In this document: in pieces, positions 1-14,899 of the stretch | How the letters are laid out: every line of letters starts with the position of its first letter | How positions within the stretch are numbered: position 1 is the stretch's first letter | NCBI GenBank assembly: GCA_036172245.1 | Contig: JAYWIR010000023.1 | Location: forward strand, 372,001 to 436,000 | From: Raillietiella orientalis | Lineage: Eukaryota | DNA: 64,000 nucleotides | Direction: 5' to 3' | The notes under the pieces: generated by a model | Database searches by the model: none | What the model saw: the letters and a program-made list of their open reading frames with translations, nothing else | Told to the model about the DNA's origin: nothing | Translations under genes and position numbers: made by a program

Positions 1-665
1 CATGTCATTCTTTTTGTAAGGCAGGGGAGATTAAATGTGTTTGATGCCTTGAAAACCAAATGGAATTGTCGAGAGAGAGCAGAACGAAAGAAATGAACTG
101 GTCTATGGAGTTTGCAGACTCCTTGAGGAATATAGAGGTCACAATGGAAGCGAAAATGACAACAGCAAGCTACATTCTTCAAGGATTCGCAAAGTAGTAT
201 TTCGATCGGTCGTACAGAAACTAAATGCACGGTATAGCTGCGAGACGAAACCGAGAATATCAGCTGGTTTTCTGTGAACATGTCCGTTTACCTAGTTTCG
301 ATTATTCCCTATTATTCGCATAATTTAGTTATACATAGAATTGCTGGAAAATTTAGTTTAATCTCCTACAGTTATTGTCTTTTAGAATTCCATCAATAAT
401 TTACACAGTAATAATTTCCCATGCTTAGACAGTCACAGTTGCTCTAAATTCCATAAGTATAGCTGCAGACGTAACTGCAAGCAGTAAACCAGCTGCTTTT
501 ATTTCCAGTTTCAAACATATGTAATCCGTAAAATTATTTTACCTAGGGAAACTGAAATAATATATCATTTGTCATGTTAGTTTATGAGGTAATTAAGTAT
601 TTGTTTTGAATTTTTAAAAAATGTAAAGCATCAATTTAAATTCAATTTCGAAACAGCAATTCTGA

Positions 666-689
666 TTTGGCGCGGTCTACCGATTTGAA
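666..689 (+). promoter_or_regulatory. Putative E2F site (TTTGGCGC, 666-673) with nearby CHR-like TTTGAA (684-689) upstream of FIGNL1
   Basis: Motifs read directly, about 400 bp upstream of the FIGNL1 ATG; a second TTGGCGC at 712-718. Confidence 0.4.
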
Positions 690-1072
690 TGGTAGCCAAA
701 TGCATTTCATGTTGGCGCATTGTTAAAATTTAGTCGAAATGGACTTGAAACAGTCTGAAGATTCATGTTTTTGAAAGCAATCAGATTCCTTATAAGCATT
801 GATGGTATTAATATTATATCATAACTAGTGTTAATACGTAAACAAAGGGATGGTTTTACTAGCACCTAGGATAAATAAGCCTACAGTAATTTTAGTCTCA
901 TTCTTGTACTTTCACCAGAGTAAAAATTGTCATCTGTTGTGCATTTTTAATGGAGTAAGCTCTGGTGGGGCATGTCTGTTGGATGTAATCCTTCAGTGAA
1001 TCTTGCAATGTTCAAGGTCGAAAAATTCTCATTAGTCCAATTAGTTTTTATATGGGCGTGTAAACTTTTAGC

Positions 1073-3679
<2,607 letters not shown>

Positions 3680-3754
3680 ATTTTATGCCTTACTTCATCT
3701 CTAATTTTTTTTTTTTTTTTTTTCATTTATTTTGTGACTTAATATGCGAATTCG

Positions 3755-4525
3755 CTAGTTTTTTTGTAGTATTTGTAGGATTTTTAAGTTCTGATTCGAG
3801 CTTAAATTCAATTGGAAGCATATCTGATTGAACTCGTGACAAGGCCTCCTAATGCCTTGGTATCCATCTTTATAGATTAAATACCCACCAGCATCCCCAG
3901 TTTCATAGCCAGACCAAATAAAATTCTCAGATGATTCCAGTTGTGCTGATGTAACATGTATGCCCTGTTTTAAGAGGGATAATTCGGAAATGCATGAACA
4001 CTGCAACTTGATAAACTGAATCTTCATGCTGTGATCTTCTAAAAAGAATTCAAGGAAGATGCATGCCATAAGATACTGTGCAATGTTGAATCTGTAATAG
4101 ATCTATGATAAAGGGCCAAAAAATTGATATGTAAATTTGTTTGGGTATGTTTTACAAAAGCTGCATGTTGTAAAGCAAATGTCCGTGGTGGGATACTAGG
4201 ATCGCGCGTTTCATTAAACAGACTATACACAGAGAATAACTTAATTACAAAAGTTTCTGCTGCATCAAAATTTTGCTGAACCGCAAATTTACCCCTGGCA
4301 GATCAGCTTTCATAGTAGTTTACTTCGTTTGAAGCCGATAAAGAGTTTACTAAGTACACAATGGAGTGACGGGAAAGAGTACAAGTTTATTCCTAGAACT
4401 ATAACGACTGACTTATTTCATACTTTTTTCATTAACCATCTGTTGACAAACTTCAACGGAAAAGATAATGCATATGTGCAACCACTTGCTTACTGCCGCG
4501 GATGTACCTGATGGATGCCATCAGG
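3755..4525 (-). pseudogene. Possible decayed gene fragment with weak fukutin N-terminal-domain resemblance
   Basis: Reading frame interrupted by stops: ..IVYLVN..*..FAVQQNF..ETRDPSIPPRTFALQHAAFV..HINFLALYHRS..ILWHA*. Motif order resembles remembered fukutin KDPR..IHLVVFHERS..YLWHG. By-eye similarity only. Confidence 0.25.
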
Positions 4526-6079
4526 ATCTGTTAAGATTGCCAATCAAAAAAGTGACCATGATATGACCATGGTATCTTTTAGCTTGACCCTCTGATTAAA
4601 CGAGGTTCAATGCAATTTTTTCTCCGTTTGTCTTCTGGTGGGTATTAGATTCAAAACTAATTAAACACTTAATTCTTAAAACTCTTTCCCAAAGTACTCT
4701 ATTCGTTCTTTCGTCACATCCTTTGTTTTAGCTCCAAAACTGTTCGCTTTCTTTTATTTTCTTCAGGACATGCTAATAGGCATTCTTCTTTCCCAAGCCT
4801 CTGGTATTTACTTTTCAGCAGACCCATCACTACTCTTATAGTGGTAAAACTTTGTCATCCGGTTCTGAATTATTTGCAGCATTCCTCTAATAAAGAAGGT
4901 ATACCAGAATTCTCTAATGAATTATGCTGACTAGTGAGTTGCACAAGATGATGGTTGTTTCACCCTTGAGAATCCTTTGACAACCATATGGAGGTAAACG
5001 TGTGCAGTTTGAGTTTTGATCCTTGCATTCCTTGCAGAATTCTTTTTGAGAGTAAGCTTGCGATAAAAATTGAGAAAATCGTCTGAATCTCCAATCACAA
5101 GTCAGACTACCTGGACAGACTTGCGTAGCGTTCTTTCAAGAGTCAAGAAGCTGGTGTTCTCAGTTCTGAATGTTGTCCCTGCTGTCTCCAATGCTGTCTG
5201 GTGGCGACTGCTTTGTTCACTGCAACTGTTTTGCGCAGTGGACTCTGGTATGTTTTATGCTTTAACAAAAATCCAGTCTTTTTTTTTTAGTTTCGATGGC
5301 TTGCACCTTCTGGGTGATCAAAGTTTTCGGTTTGGATTGACACTCTTCATGGCTAGTGTCACTAGGTGCGAACAGATGGTGAAGACTGGTTTCTTTTTCA
5401 GGCACACCTCTGTAACTCTCACCACAAATCAGCCAGAAGAACCGAACTACTTGGTCAGTTCCATTTCCCCATATTATGCTCTTTGAGACAACTGTTAACC
5501 CAAAATTAGACCCTGTTCCTTATGGACAGGGTCCAATTTTTTCGGCCACATCTATTTCACCTCACTACTAACTGCTGCCACGGAGGACTGTCATCAAGCT
5601 CTCTGAGTTTGGCATTTTGCAGTATGTCCTGTAGGTTTTTAAAAACGTTACTCTCGATGTTTATTGGGGAAAAAAAAACAATAAACGTACAATAAAGAAG
5701 GGAGCAAACTTCGTCCTGCAACACTTCCATGAAGAAATCCTGCGTAGATATTTCCCATACAGAAAACATCTACGCAGTGTTCTACTCATGGAGATGTCTG
5801 GTACATAAATAGGAAGGACAATAAATAAAGAAACAAAAGCACATGATTAGAGAGGGATACCGAGGGCAAAGGAGTCGATCCATTACTATGACTTCTGAGT
5901 TCTCGCCCTATCCCGGCGGATTCTTCCTTGTCATCTATATACAATTCAGACTAATTGTTGGCACACTGTACTATGGTAGTGACCAGAAGAATCCCTCTCT
6001 TCCTGGCGTATTGCTCTTCTCAAACGCACTTCCGGGAGTCCCGAACGCAGCATACTATTGTCACTACAGCCACTATTGT

Positions 6080-8480
6080 CACCCGAGGCTCCATTAATGC
6101 CATCGCTTATTGCATGGAAATGCTCCGTAGGTCTCATAGGTACTACTCGTTTCAATGCCTCGTGATCCTGGGAGAGTGGCACACGTTTAGGATATTTTCT
6201 TCATCCTCTGGTTCTTTGATCGCTCTGCTTTGCGCACTTATTCATCTCATACAGGGTTTGGCTTTCTTCCATATGGAACTTCTTTTGGTATACTGAATTT
6301 TTCTTAATCGCTACTAAGATTGGACAGGTAGTTTTCCCAAAAAAGACCTTGAGAACCAGGACCCCGTAGATTCGGTAGGTTGACCTTTTTCTCTTGTCTG
6401 AGAAGAGAATGATTAAACTTGGTTGCTTTCTTACTACTTGTGCTACGATTTCCTTCTACTAAATGAGCACTACTAATACAAGGCTGACGTAGATTTCTAT
6501 ATATTAGATGGAACAAACTACGAGGAATCCCAGAATCCGAAGTGTGTCAATGCGGTTATGCTTGGAATTTCTGTGGCCGGCAGCTTTGATTTCTGGATCT
6601 TGATCTCCAAACCCTGTCGTTCCTCCATTATCCACAATGCTGTTGATGAATGTTTTCTTTTGCCACCTCATTAAAAAGATCACTGGCATATACCAGTTGA
6701 GGGAAAGATGTTTCTTCCATCTTGACCTCTTTGTATTGATTGCGGTCGTTTACTACAAAGAGACACTTTCCAGGCAGAGAAGCTAGGGTATCAATCTGGA
6801 GGACGGCGGTTTCCATTCGAATAGCAATCTTGTGTTTGCTATTGATCTTAAAGGTGGCTTCTGCCAGGACTGTTTTCATGAACTCGTAGGACCGTCTTCA
6901 GATGCCTGGTTTTATCAGGATTCTGATAAACACCTTTCAGTCGAACGCCTTTTCAATGTCGGAGAAGCTCGATATCAACTCATTTCCAATGATCTTGTTA
7001 AGATCGATGATACCTGAACGCACCTGATGGTTTCTTACTTACAGAGTTCAGAGACTCAACATGTTTGATGCCTCGCTCCAGGGCTCAACCTCAGAAAGAT
7101 TTGCACAAAGTTCTGGTGAAACTTTAAAAAATTTAGTAAAGGATGACGTGCAGAAAGCCATTCGACTAGACCAATTCTAGATTCTTGTCAAGAGCATGAA
7201 AGGAGGCTTGGAATTGTCCATAAAATTGGGATGTCATTTCGTAGTGTTCCGACGATTCGTCAAGACAGAGAAATAAAAAATGTTTAAAAAAAATTACAAG
7301 AACAATAAGCCAGCTTGAAATCAGGACAGCTTCAAAATCTGCAGTCTCTTTCCCTACATGATTTTTAAGAGATGACAAGGACTTAAGCTTCAAGCAATGA
7401 AACAAACAGCTGGTAACAAAAATTCAATGAAATTCAATACTTCGATCGCTCCAGCTGTAGCGCGGGCGCCTTCTGATAGTGGAAGGTCAAACACACGGTT
7501 CCAGTATTTACATTTCTTTCTTTTGCGTGCCGTTGGGAATGTCGCAGGTGTGCTTTCCGATGCGCAGCATGCATCCACTATTCTTACTTCATTCTGGTCC
7601 ATTACCAGAGGCTTGGAATGCTTCCTAAGTACGAATGGCTTCTTCTACATAGTCTTATAAACAGTTTTCTTATATATTCCTTCCTATAGAATACATCTTA
7701 CGTTGACAAATAGGTGAAAACCGCCTTCCCAGTCGAAAGACCAACCAATGCTGATTCGGAGAACGTCCAAAACGATGTTTGGCATTTATGAATCTTTCGG
7801 ATTAGTAGAAAACAGCTGCCTTAAGATTCTCATTTCATTGCACTCGGCAGTACAATCTCTCGCTCGCTCAATGCTCCGTCAGCTGGTGAAAAAGAAGGTC
7901 GCCACTTTGTCTACTGATGCTGAGTTTGGTGATTTTGTTGTCGAGAGAAATTTCTGAGAAATTCCAAAGAAATAGCGTAAACGAGAGACGAGGGTAATCT
8001 CAAATGGGATCAGGAGAAAGTCATCTCATGCGTTGGGCTGCATAGAAGTTCCAACCACTTTTTCACTTCAGGAGAGTACATCCGGACCTTGATTATGGGT
8101 TTATCCAGGATCAACGTCCTTTTTCTCAGGAGAATTACCTACTGAGGGCGTTCGAAAGAGCAAACACTTTTAGGCAAACCGAGAGCAACGCGTTTTCAGC
8201 TTCAGAAGATGTCAGGTTTGGATTAGACGTTGCCTAATATGATTAACTGTTGCTTGTGTCCCCGGTACACTTAGCGCTAAAGTGAAGGCACTTTACCGCA
8301 CTTCGCCACTTTACCGCTGTCGATAGAGGACAACAACTGAAGGGAGGCAGGAGGCAGGAAGTGGTTTCCTGTGATAAGATCACTCCGGGAGTCGACTCCA
8401 GGTACTGCGTGAGGGTAGAGGAATGATCATTCTGCAAGTTGCATTCGTCTTCGAGAGCGAGCACCTTTGACATAAGAAGT
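6080..8480 (-). mobile_element. Decayed non-LTR retrotransposon (APE endonuclease + reverse transcriptase)
   Basis: Minus-strand motifs in LINE order with many stops: VILSQET (~8364-8384, APE xxLQET), DIEKAFD (6940-6960), AVLQIDTLAS (GVxQGxxLSP-like), LVYASDL (YADD-like, ~6677-6697). Confidence 0.75.
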
Positions 8481-8846
8481 ACTCGAAAAAGAAAGGAGAC
8501 AAAATGAATTGTTTTTTCTGCTCCTGCTAAGCAGTGCCTTGCACGATTCGCTTTCTTAGGGTGATTCCATGTACTTGCTTCATACCATTGACTTCCTGGA
8601 AGTGCTGCAGAGTCGTATGAGAGACATGACTTTGTGAGTTCTGGTTCTCAGCCCGTCTTTCGTGTGTCCCTCAATTGGACAGTCAAAGACTCGGTCGTCA
8701 GCGAATATTGCTCCGTATACTTTCATAGAGAAGGAACCACCTCACCAAATATTTGAATTTTTTTTGTTTTCCAGAAATTTCGACTTTCAGGTTCTGTTCC
8801 TTGGAAAACGAACATTCAGACTATTCCAAAGGTCCGTCTGTTGAAG

Positions 8847-8944
8847 AATCGAATTGTTTTCAGTACAGTGAAAGCGAGTCTTCAACGAAGTTTCCGTTGC
8901 CAGAGTGAAGTTTCGTCTCACGGAAACACGCATCTCTAACTTGT
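8847..8944 (+). repeat. Dispersed repeat copy, similar to 15162-15262
   Basis: gtacagtgaaagcgagtcttcaacgaagtttccgttgccagagtgaag..cgcatctctaacttgt aligns by eye with gtacagtgaaagcgagccttcgacgaagatttccgttgccagagcgaag..cgcatctcgaacttgt. Confidence 0.8.
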
Positions 8945-9319
8945 CTTTTCAGGGTTTCCTGATTCTGTAGGTCAAATCATGATTCTCCTGGTGGCTTCAT
9001 CTCTTTCAGTCTTCCTTTTTACATGCGCGGAGGCGGATCTACAACAAGATGAAACTGTAAAAGGAACACAGAGATTTAAAAAAACCACAAGTCAGGGCTC
9101 CTATTTTGAGACTAATCATCCATGGCAAAAAGGATATACCGTTTTGGCTGCTAATTTACAACAGCAGCCAAAGCCATATCTTCTACGGAAATGTGAATGT
9201 GATGAAATCGAATTAACCCACGGAACATCACATTGCTATGCGAGCAAATTACTTCGTTAGTCCTCTCTAGGTCTCTATTATTATTTTTTCAGATTAACAG
9301 AACTAAATCAAAGTTACAA

Positions 9320-9366
9320 ATTGTCAATTAGCTGATTTTGTAAGACAGAATCAGCTAATTGACAAT
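9320..9366. repeat. Near-perfect inverted repeat (22-bp arms, 3-nt loop, 1 mismatch)
   Basis: attgtcaattagctgattttgt-aag-acagaatcagctaattgacaat, followed by a (GT)n run. Confidence 0.9.
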
Positions 9367-9453
9367 GTGTGTGTGTGTGTTTTTACAATAATCTAAGTTT
9401 ATTCCCATGGAAATAATCTGGAGTTTATTCTTTACGGATTGCTCTTGTATTAA

Positions 9454-9977
9454 CCCTTTGGGTGAGGAGCTCATCAGCTCATTTGAACGTTCTGTGCCGA
9501 CGGCACGCGAGTCGCAGGCGCGACCTCTGCGAACGGAATCCTTTCCGCGTAACGCGTACTCTATCGAGGTACCAATTGACCTTATAAAGTGCTAATTAAA
9601 GTTGCTGTTATAATTGTTTACTTACAGCACATTAAATGAAATATTTTCATTTTTCCCAAACATATATTATTTATTTAAAAGTTATAATTCGAATAAATCA
9701 ATGATTCATTTACATTTTTAAGATATCACAAAGATGAAAAATATTATAGTGAACTCTATACGACACCGCGAAAAAACGAGAATAGTCCGCCGATAGAAAT
9801 GGAATTTTGTTCACTGTCGTTGCCAAGGAAATTCATTATAAGAACGTAAGTGTATGCGCCCATCTCAAACACTGATAGTGCTAACGTATGCCGCGAGTGT
9901 AAAGTCAAAAAAACGTTTGCTAGACGCATAGATGAGTGATTGTGAGTGATGATGAGTGATCCATGGCACTCAAAGGG
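9454..9977. mobile_element. piggyBac-type non-autonomous element (MITE), ~524 bp
   Basis: TTAA on both sides (9450-9453, 9978-9981). TIRs CCCTTTGGGTG / CACTCAAAGGG (10 of 11 match). No transposase ORF. Subterminal gatgagtgat repeats. Confidence 0.75.
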
Positions 9978-10199
9978 TTAACAAGAGTGATTTTACAGGG
10001 AACTTTTCCAGTTAATGACAGGAAGTAAAAAATTAAAATCAACATATATTTTCATTCATTTGTTGCATAAACCAAATATCAAGTTTTTTTTTTTTTTTTT
10101 ATTGGAATAAATCTTTTTTTCCAGCCTAAAATTATCGGTATGTGCTGTTGAGCACTCGCACTTTAGCAAGCAAATTGAGGCAGTTTGCTGTACTAGTAA

Positions 10200-10760
10200 T
10201 TTTATTTATTCTGGAATTTCATGCTTCTGTTTTCCTCCCGAATCTCCTCGCAAGAGCGCTTTTGTAGACGTAGAATGGTCCATAGGACGCAGAATAACGA
10301 AGAACAATAATTTTGTAGATATCGTTCCTGTCCGCACATCCGAATACGATGATGCGGAGCAAAATCAGAAAGCGGATGATGCTCCATCTCACCCTTTTAC
10401 TGTCCCGATGCAGGTCAGGTTTCTATGACATCTCGCATGTGGTCGTTGCTAAGTGTTTGAATGATGACAGCAGATCTACGCATAACAAGAGTAACGTCTT
10501 CACTCTTCGATATTGTAAGTAGGACAAGTAGCGGCTAAAAGTTCACCGGGTCACTCGATGTGCTGCTTGACTCAAGAAGCAGTTCTCCATCTCGCATCGA
10601 ATGTGTCTGCCCAGTTGGTGACCGAATCCCAATGGGAACCCGACGCCGGAATCCTCAGTAGGCATCTCACACTTCGCATCCAAGGGAAAACCGGCCGAGC
10701 CATGTGTTCCTAACGATGAGAAGCATTTGACAGATAATAGTGAGTTCCGAAACATACATG
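10200..10760 (-). mobile_element. Possible highly decayed hAT transposase fragment
   Basis: Broken frame with ..GVG..G..I..CFLSQAAHRV, resembling the hAT CxxH region; weak. Confidence 0.25.
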
Positions 10761-11464
10761 CGCGAAGATTATGTATTTTGTAGTGTGCCCTCCAGCAATC
10801 GTAGAACGATTTATAGATAGCCAGTTATTTGTGGCTAATTCGCTGTATAGATCTCGCTTTTCAAAGCTATAGAGCAGCCTACGCGAGAACCAAGAATTAA
10901 TGAAATTAATGAAACTCTACCACTTTTTTTGAAGATCACTTTTGAAAGTCAGTAACGCTAGAATTGCAATTAAATTCAAATTAGATGATTCCTCGACTCC
11001 CTTGTGGTGCGAGGCAACAATGAAAACGGGAAGCGGAAGCTTCCTGTTCGCATTGTTACGTCACCTTGCGAACGAAACAAGAACGCCCTCTGCCAGCCGG
11101 CATGCGCGTTTCTAGTAAGACGGAAAATGGATCACTAAACGCGGAGTCATCAGCTTGACCTGGCACGGCATTGTGACCAGGATCTTCCAAGATCCGGCAG
11201 GGACTAAGTGACGCAAGGTGGGAGGCGCTTTGGCGAGCTTTGTTCCACCCAAGGCACTTGGATGCTGAGCCCCCCGCATTGACACAGTAATGAGGAATCC
11301 CCCGTTCGGGAAAATGTCTCGAATGCATTCGACGCTAAGCGGTTGCTTATGCTTCGAGAGAGCACCATTGCGTTCCATCAGCTCCGAACACCTCTTTTTC
11401 GTGGCCTCGCGAACGGAGAGTTCGTTCCCAACCAATCCATCCCTAAGAGCGCTACATTCATTCC

Positions 11465-13270
11465 ATGTGGTTTCAGACGAAGGAGCAGGGCATGCCTTGG
11501 TGGAGTGCTTTCTGCATATCCTTTTTCGTGCTCGGCTGGTGCGCCGACCGAACTCGCGCCTACCCTGGCGTGTACCAGTGGCTCCTGGACTCCATCGGGT
11601 GGAACTCGTTGGGCGGCGAGTCCAGTACGACGACAATCCCACGCGCAAGCGGGAGCAGCGCCTACGACGATCTCATCAACGAGCTTTGGAAGCGTTACGA
11701 GGAAAGAAACGCTGGGGGCGCAGCGCTCGAGTCGATGCATGGAACTTCGCCCCCAGAGGAAGACTTCGACGAGCATTTCCAGGATGAAGCGCTGAGGAGC
11801 GTCCAGCGCATCCTGGACATCGAGAGAGAAAGGCTGGAAAACTCTACCCGAACTACCACCCCAGGAGTCGAGGAAGCCCCTCCAGGAGATGGGGGAGACG
11901 TCGACTACTCCGGCTTATTTGACTCGCTGTTTAGCGGCGATCTCTCCTTCGATAAGGTGTTCGGTGCCAGTGAGCAGGATGCGGATCTGAAATCCTTGCT
12001 GGCGAACCGGTCGTCTCCAAGCGTTCCTGTCTCCGAAGCACTGGTCGGCGGCGCCGGCAGTAGCGGAACGAAGTCTTCCCAAGTCCAGCAAACAGCCCAG
12101 AAACTGGAAGAACTCCTCTCCAGCGAGCTGCTAAATCTGTTCTCCGAGGGATTTCTTCAGGACAAGGGCCAGGGGCAACAGATGCCAGAGGGAAGTCAAA
12201 GCCCTCTTCCTCCTTCCGTGCAGACTCCTAATGTTCCGCTTTGGCTGCGGTTCCTGTACTCCAAGCGGGACCACCTGGAGAAGATCCGCAGGAAACTCTC
12301 GAACATTATCATTCAGACCTTGAACCTGGACGCTCGTCCAGTGTCTCCAGGAAGTGAAACCGACCAAGAGATCGATTCCCTCCTGAAGCCGCTGATGCAG
12401 CACTTGTCAGAGGAGCACAAGAACGATCGCTTCAACATCTTCTCCATCTTCGGGAGCAAAGATTCGCTCTTGTCCAGGGTGAAGCAGGACGTCAGGGCGT
12501 TTCTGTCTTCTTGGAAGCTTCCCTCAGGCGGCAGTGACAGCGGCAGCTTGCTGCAGGGCTTCGTGCCTCTCCCACAGGCGATCCTGTCGATCAAGGACGG
12601 GAAAGGCTTCAAGGAGCATGGCAAGATCTTGGGCACTCAGCACACCGGAAACCGCTCCTCGGAGATGAAGCAGCACATGATTCAGAAGCTGCAGGGTAGC
12701 CTCATGAACATGAACTTGGAGTACGGCTCCCCCAAGAAACTTCCAGAAACCATAGTCACTGTCCATGTCCTCGACGCACCTCCTAACGTAGACGGGAACC
12801 TTGGCAGCGGATGGGCCCCTCAAGATGCAGGCAAGGGCCCTCCTCTACAGGGATCTTCTCTAGGAACCTATCACGGAGAATATCCACCCTATTACCAGGT
12901 ACCCACAAGCTCTCCTCCCAAGTCGTACCTACCAGAAGTTAGCCGGGAGAAGCACATCATCCATGTGCCTCCCGAGCAAGCAGGCCATCAATACCACCAC
13001 CTCATCCACCAGCGCCCCCCCAAACCGTTGCCCATTCCTCAGTACACTCCTGGACAACTGTTTCACCAGTACCACAGTCACGATCAGTACGGACCAGGAA
13101 TCCAAGATCCCTCTTGGAGCTTCTCGGACTTCAATCCAGAGAGGACAGACTTGCATTTCGACTTCTTGTTCGACTGGAACAGCATGTGGAAGCACAAGAT
13201 CTTAGGGAAGAAGAAGTCACACTCGTATCGGCCCTTCTTCGGTGATCCTACAGTGTTCGTGCCTGTGTAG
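11465..13270 (+). CDS. Uncharacterised, probably secreted protein (601 aa; possible start at ATG 11492), single coding exon
   Basis: 1.8-kb uninterrupted ORF with GC-rich third positions. Hydrophobic N-terminus MPWWSAFCISFFVLGWCADRTRA resembles a signal peptide. Acidic/Ser-Thr-rich N-half and Pro/His/Gln/Tyr-rich C-terminus. No recognised domain. Confidence 0.8.
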   Translation: MWFQTKEQGMPWWSAFCISFFVLGWCADRTRAYPGVYQWLLDSIGWNSLGGESSTTTIPRASGSSAYDDLINELWKRYEERNAGGAALESMHGTSPPEEDFDEHFQDEALRSVQRILDIERERLENSTRTTTPGVEEAPPGDGGDVDYSGLFDSLFSGDLSFDKVFGASEQDADLKSLLANRSSPSVPVSEALVGGAGSSGTKSSQVQQTAQKLEELLSSELLNLFSEGFLQDKGQGQQMPEGSQSPLPPSVQTPNVPLWLRFLYSKRDHLEKIRRKLSNIIIQTLNLDARPVSPGSETDQEIDSLLKPLMQHLSEEHKNDRFNIFSIFGSKDSLLSRVKQDVRAFLSSWKLPSGGSDSGSLLQGFVPLPQAILSIKDGKGFKEHGKILGTQHTGNRSSEMKQHMIQKLQGSLMNMNLEYGSPKKLPETIVTVHVLDAPPNVDGNLGSGWAPQDAGKGPPLQGSSLGTYHGEYPPYYQVPTSSPPKSYLPEVSREKHIIHVPPEQAGHQYHHLIHQRPPKPLPIPQYTPGQLFHQYHSHDQYGPGIQDPSWSFSDFNPERTDLHFDFLFDWNSMWKHKILGKKKSHSYRPFFGDPTVFVPV

Positions 13271-14899
13271 ATCGTGCTTCCTCTTGGCAGTTTGGCTCCT
13301 GTGACCTCTATGGCTGGCAGTGAGATTATCCCGGTCCGGTGACTACACAGCCTGCGAGCAGCTGATCCGGTGCTTTAAGGTCGAAGGATTCTTCTCCTCC
13401 CTGTACTCCTTTTGCGTGCGTGTTTTTCCACCGCCTTGAATGCCCATGAGAGGGAAGAGGAGAGCGCCCTGTACGAAAACGAAAAGCTGGAAAGCTTCTC
13501 TCACTGCTGGAAATTCATTCCCGTCGTTGTTGCCTCAGAAGGACCAAAGCGGAAAATCGGTGCCCTTTCAGTCACTATAGAAGGTACGAACGTCCCGACA
13601 ACAGCAAAGATCCGATGACTCGGCAAAGCTCCCTACGTTCCTCTCGCTCCTCGGGAGGAGGAAAGTCACGAGGAAAGATTGGTTTGCTCGAGTGGGGAAG
13701 CCGGGCCGAGATGAACCGCGTGGTTCCATTCCTCAGGAGGTGGGGGAGTTCACGGATGCTGTGATGCGGAGATGCAAAAACCTCCACCCTACGCAAAACC
13801 TGGCGAGGCGGAATACAAGCCCAGGCACCCTGGCGCATGAACCCACTCTGGTTTTTTTCTCACCCCTCTCACTTCTCCTACAAGAGTTTCAGGTGCGGTC
13901 TCTCCCCATCTCTTTTGGTCATGTTGTGCGACTGTCGCTTTAGCATCCGATCTTGCTTAGAATCTGCAGAGAATCCTCCAGGGAGAGGTTCCTTGGAGGG
14001 ACCCTTTTTTTTTTTTTTTTCTTTTTCTTCCTCTCAAACGGGTCACAGTCTTTATGAACTTTTTGAACGGGTGACAGTCTTTCTCCGAGAGTCGACGCTC
14101 CCAGCGTCTCGTCGCTCTTCTGCGGCGCGAACACCCTAAACTTCCACACCCTCAGAGAGGAGCAGAGGGGCGTCCACCGTCTTCGCACAGCTGCCCACTG
14201 TCGTCGAGGAAGTAGTTGGATGAAGGTCTGCTCGAAGAGAGCGCCCCTGTCGGTTCGGAACGTGACCACAAGAGGTCATTGCAGGTCTCCCCACCTTTTA
14301 GATGCCTAGGCGCTCCAGGATGTCGGTCGTGAACTCATTCAGCCCGAGGGACGTCCCCACGCGGTGGACCACCTGTGCGCCGAGGACGAATCTCACGAAA
14401 CCCGGAAGGAAGCGGGCAACCACCTCTGGAGGCGCCGCAAAAGTGTTTTCGACAGTTTCAGTGCTGCGGGAAGACTTTTGGGTGTAAAGAAATGAACGAC
14501 AGAAACCTGGAATCCCAAGGGGACCAAAGATTTGCCCATGCGTTTCCACCGTGGAACTTGCACTGCATTTTTCATTAATCCTGCATGTCGAGTTTAAAAG
14601 TTTTCCTTTTTGAAGATACTGTCGTTTGATTTCCCACCAGCAAATAAGACCGCAGTAAAGGCTCTTTATTCAACTTACACAGTGCGAAACTGCGGAAAGC
14701 TTAACCGCTCAGTTAGGATGATTGCGGAAGCATTTTGCCAAAGACGGATTGTGACCAAGGGAAACTTTCTGAAAAGGTAGGCACAGTTCACAAAGAGTGT
14801 ATAAGATCTCTGGTGCGGAGGCATTATGTACCGAGATGTTAGACGGCCTCTGCAAACCCTCGTACGTTCTGACAAAATTTTTTGGCAAACTTACGTGAT

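Noticed and set aside
11056..13205. ORFs overlapping or antisense to the 601-aa gene
   Set aside because: Shadow frames of a GC-rich coding sequence.
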